A DNA stretch of 64,000 nt, taken from NCBI GenBank assembly GCA_050575255.1, contig JBNZDD010013688.1, positions 2,964,741-3,028,740 on the forward strand, given 5' to 3'. The position numbers and the translations under genes were made by a program. How positions within the stretch are numbered: position 1 is the first letter of the stretch; the number at the start of each line of letters is the position of its first letter. The notes under the pieces are model-generated. The model ran no database searches. It was not told where the DNA came from and was given only the letters and a program-made list of their open reading frames with translations. This stretch comes from Harriotta raleighana. Lineage: Eukaryota. Shown piece after piece: positions 34,545-64,000 of the stretch.

Positions 34545-37457
34545 ACTATCGATTCCTAAAAGGGAATTTAAGTGAAATGTCTTTTATGCAGAGGGTGGTG
34601 AGAATGTGGAGCTCACAGCCGTGGCGGATGCAAATATATCAATTTATTTCAGTAGAAAGTTTCTGAATGCACGAGCGCAAACGCAATAGGAGAGACGCGA
34701 GGCGCGAGTATAAACACCGGCGTGGCCTAGTCTGGCTAAATGGTCTGTTTCTTTGTGGTTTCACTCTGCTTAGTTCCGTGTCGCAATGCGATTGCTTTTA
34801 ACCACACCTTTCAACAATGGGATAATTAGCACATCACACCTCACAATTTTCACCCCCAGTAAACGTTATGGTGCAGGAAAAGCAAGTGCAACAGGGATTC
34901 CTCTGCACAGCCCTGCCATCCACGTGAAAGGAAGCATTGCAACAAGGGGATGGAAGGGGGGACATTAATTAGGCCTTTTTAACAAGCATTTTCTTTCTCT
35001 CTCTCTCGAGGGCCACAGCAATGTTTCTGGCTGCTACTGTACTACCTGACTTGAACAAAGCCAGACAAATCAAAGCCATCTGTCTCAATGATCTTTATTC
35101 TAACGTCCAATTAACTAATGTTCAGTTACTCACACAGAATTGCCCCTCCACCTCTACATCCCCCCCCACCCCCACCCACAACCTCCAGATTATTTAATGC
35201 CGCATTTAATTTAACTTGGCAAGAAGCGTCCGTATTACAGTATTGTCAAAAGAAAAAAAATGCTTTGTTATGTCATATAATCACATCAGAATCCCTGGTG
35301 GTAATTTCTCACTCTTCCCCGCCATTGTGTTTAACTTGGCAGCTGAACATACCGGAGGGGAGGGGGTGNTGCTTTGTTATGTCATATAATCACATCAGAA
35401 TCCCTGGTGGTAATTTCTCGCTCTTCCCCGCCATTGTGTTTAACTTGGCAGCTGAAAATACCGGAGGGGAGGGGGTGGGGGGGGCAAGAAAATCTATTTA
35501 TTCATTCATTCAACTAAACCCAGGAGTGCTTCTATGATTGCCAAAGCTCCTGAACTTCAGGCTTATTTAATAGGTTGGGTATCAATTAGGAGAGGTCTGC
35601 TAGTCATTATAGAGGTGGTCAGTCATCACAGCCTAAACAAGTGCTAAATTATCAAGGCAAACAGCTGTCAGCTAGGATTTTAGTGTAAACCAACTGTGAG
35701 ATTAACCCTTCTAGGACATATCGAAGCATCTTACAGATTTCCTTTGGGTCCTACCCTTCCTCCCATCATTCTGTTTTACTCTGACTCCCCCTTCCATCTG
35801 CATGTGCCTTCCCCCACCCCGCAATGTCACATACCATTCCCTCACCAAGTCACTCGTTCCCAGTTATCCATCAACATTGCTTCCCTTTAATAACAGGTTG
35901 TAAAATAAATAAATGGTAATCAAAGCACTGATCTGCTTCCCTGTGCATGTCCAGCTTGGAGCTCTCTACAGCACCTTTTATGGGGCTTCAACTCACAAGG
36001 TTAAGGGCATGTCCACACCTTCAAGTCTCACGGACAAGACAGAGAGGTTGTTCTCTTTGGCTTTGTCTCCTCTGAGACATCTCAGCCCCAGGATCAAGCC
36101 TGCTTCCTCCCAAGGAGGATGTTTCTTTAGACGCGGTATTCCTTTTATAGACCTTGAAGGACAGTGAAAGACTGACTGAAAAGACCCACCAAGATTTGAA
36201 CCCACTTTCAATCCACATCTGGTCTCTCCCGACTACACTGCTTAGGGTAATGTACGTGGGATTGGTTAGTACCATTGACCCAGAAATACTAGGAAATTGC
36301 AATGCTTTGACTGACTGCAAATCTGTACCTTACTAACCTGTGGCACAGTGTATCAGTACATTAGCATGTGGTTCACATTAGATTACTGCCTAATGCACTA
36401 GTGAAGCAAACCAAGTACACACAACTCTGTTTATTGAGGGACATCAATTTGATGAAAATGAAATTCTTCCGCAGAACGTTTGCTCAGATTCCTGCGGTAA
36501 CATTGTTACGTGTGTGTAAACACAGTGTGAAGATTTGTTTGTTCAGAGGTTATTTCTATGTTCACAGACTGTGAGGGTCTGTGTATGTGCGTACATACAT
36601 TTCGCATTCTGGTGATTTTACTTTACTGCTTGTATATCGGAGCAAAGGAATAAATATTTGTTTATCTGCTTATAATTATGACCCGCTGGTTCCCATCGCC
36701 AGCTGTGCACATACTTTTGGCACATTGCGGGAGTTCTATTTGCAGTTGTTTTGCATTTAAAAGTCATTTCAAACGTGAAGTTTATAGGGGGGATATTCAT
36801 AATTAGGCTTGGTCAAGTTCAAGTGTTCACATTCAGAGTAGAGTTTTGCTACATTAGGAAATCACAAGATTAAAAGCACAGCTGAAAATGTCTCCTTTAA
36901 TACATACATACATACATACATACGGTTTGCCATTTTAAGCCGCATTTCCTTCCCCTGCTCCATCCACATGTACAGCAGAGTGATCTCCCAGATATATTGC
37001 TTTAAGTGCATTTCTAATCTCTCTGGATCAAACACAGTGTTCATAAAGTGTCTGCAAATCTCCCCTCCTGCCTGTTTAGGTGCACTTTAAAGATCCCACA
37101 GCATGAGTCGAAACGAGAAGGGAGTTTGCAATTCCCTGGATAAATTGATCATTGACTTCATGTTTGTGGGACAGTACTGTGTGCAAATTGGCTGCTACAT
37201 TCACTGGCAAAATACACAGTCACTGCTTCACAGTAAATCCCGCAAAGCGCTTTGTGAAGTCTCGATGACATGACAAGGCACTATATCAAATGCAAGTATT
37301 GTTATTAAAATCCTAATTAAGAATGGCAGCAATAATCCATCTTCAAATTCATTTTCTGGTTATAGGTTTCTTTTAAAAACAAGTTTCTGGATCCTACATG
37401 ATTTTAATTTTTATTTGTTTTAGATCATTTTTGTTCCTTTCCATCCAACTCTTTGAC

Positions 37458-37779
37458 GTCTCCTGTAGTTCGTGGTTAGAGCGCTCGCCTTACAAGCCTG
37501 AGACCTGTGTTCGAATCCAGGCAGATCAGGGCGAAACCTTGGGCAAGTTTCCTTACTCCACACGCCTAATAATAATCCCTCAAAAAAAAACACAATAATA
37601 AAAATTGGTCATTTCAATCCATGACTGTTTGTGGGTCACTGCTGTGGACAACTGACTGCCACATTTTTCCTACAAATATACAGTCAATTCACTTTACAGT
37701 ATATTCTGTGAAGTGCTTTGAGACGTCAATAAGATGTGAAAAGCACTATATCAAAATGCAAGGGTTATTATTATTATTA
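37458..37779 (+). mobile_element. tRNA-derived SINE, full length, close to family consensus
   Basis: GTTCGAATCC B box, core stub, (TTA)n tail. Confidence 0.88.
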
Positions 37780-38408
37780 TCAGACATTGGCAGTAATTTG
37801 CTCCCAGGCTTCTGACAGCTCTAACCTTGGAGATGACGTCAAGAGTATCAGTACTCTATCTACTGTTGCGTGGGAGAATAGTGAGCAACATCCTGAGCAA
37901 CACATCCCCAAATCAGATACTAAACACTCAATGAAAGGCAGCCGGGAACCAACTTACCAACCTTCTTTATTCACTGTCCATGGGATAGTACTATGCGTAA
38001 TTCGCGTAACTCGCAAAATGTTACAGTATATTCTGCGAAGTGCTTTGAGACGTTTCGACGAAGTGATAAGGCAGCTATATCAAATGCAAAGATTATTATT
38101 ATTGTATTTCTGGGCAGCAAGGCAACGCGAGGAATCAAATTCGCGAACTGGGGCTATTTGCGACAAGCTACCAATGAGCCCGGGTTTCGAAATAATCCTG
38201 GCTTTTTATCCTTGCAGATGTTACGCCAGCCGATCCAAATACAGTCACGAGATCTAACTATCTTTCAGAAAGCTTTACACTGAGACTGTGCATTGCTGTT
38301 CTGCACATGTTAGTGTCAGCGACGGTCATTTCAAAGGAAGGCAGTTCTCTCCTTTTAGCCACTCCTATCTGCCTTGTTCCTTGCAGTTTGTGTGCAAATA
38401 CCCACAAG

Positions 38409-38418
38409 CTGATTGGCT
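38409..38418 (-). promoter_or_regulatory. NF-Y/CCAAT box about 150 nt upstream of the semaphorin ATG
   Basis: CTGATTGGCT = AGCCAATCAG on the minus strand, a consensus match; position is suggestive only. Confidence 0.35.
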
Positions 38419-38560
38419 CGAGAGTTGCACCACCCACCCCCCTGTTGTTAGTTTTGGAACTCACCAGCAGTGATTTTAATGAATTAGATTAGTAGAGGGC
38501 CAGGTTTTATACATACAGTAATTGGGCTTCACTGATGTGTGCACTCTGTAGCCTTGTAAC

Positions 38561-63792
<25,232 letters not shown>

Positions 63793-64000
63793 GTAAATGA
63801 AGATGAAATTATACCGGGCAGCGATTAAAGCTGTGATTCATTTGTATTGCTTCTGTTAATAGTTTTCACACCGATTTGGGTGGGAAGCTCACTGTTTGAA
63901 GGATCAATCTTGAACTGCGATACGAACCACAAACCAAACACCGTGTACTAGGATATACTGTATTGGAGAAAGAGTCCATTCATACAACCGGCTTCCATGA

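Overview
Vertebrate genomic DNA, most likely a cartilaginous fish. The SINE families resemble holocephalan (chimaera) CmiSINE and shark SacSINE1 elements; this assignment is inferred from recalled consensus sequences. Two spliced genes lie on the + strand. (1) ELAPOR1/KIAA1324: coding exons 2-22 at 5711-25044, 2904 nt of in-frame CDS including the stop; exon 1 was not found and is probably upstream of the window. (2) A class-3 semaphorin most similar to SEMA3D: coding exons 1-9 at 38561-63792, continuing past the window end. Introns and the intergenic region are dense in tRNA-derived SINEs, L2 and CR1 LINE 3' fragments, hAT-type MITEs, an old fold-back element and microsatellites. Twelve single Ns, most flanked by duplicated sequence, look like assembly artefacts. 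The most interesting points are: the ELAPOR1 + SEMA3D-like pairing, which mirrors human ELAPOR2-GRM3-SEMA3D and suggests an ohnologous semaphorin absent from the human ELAPOR1 locus; a stop-free, in-frame GC-AG intron in ELAPOR1; a candidate alternative last exon; and visible SINE/MITE nesting history. Most short ORFs in the track are spurious. All homology calls come from recalled sequences, not from database searches.
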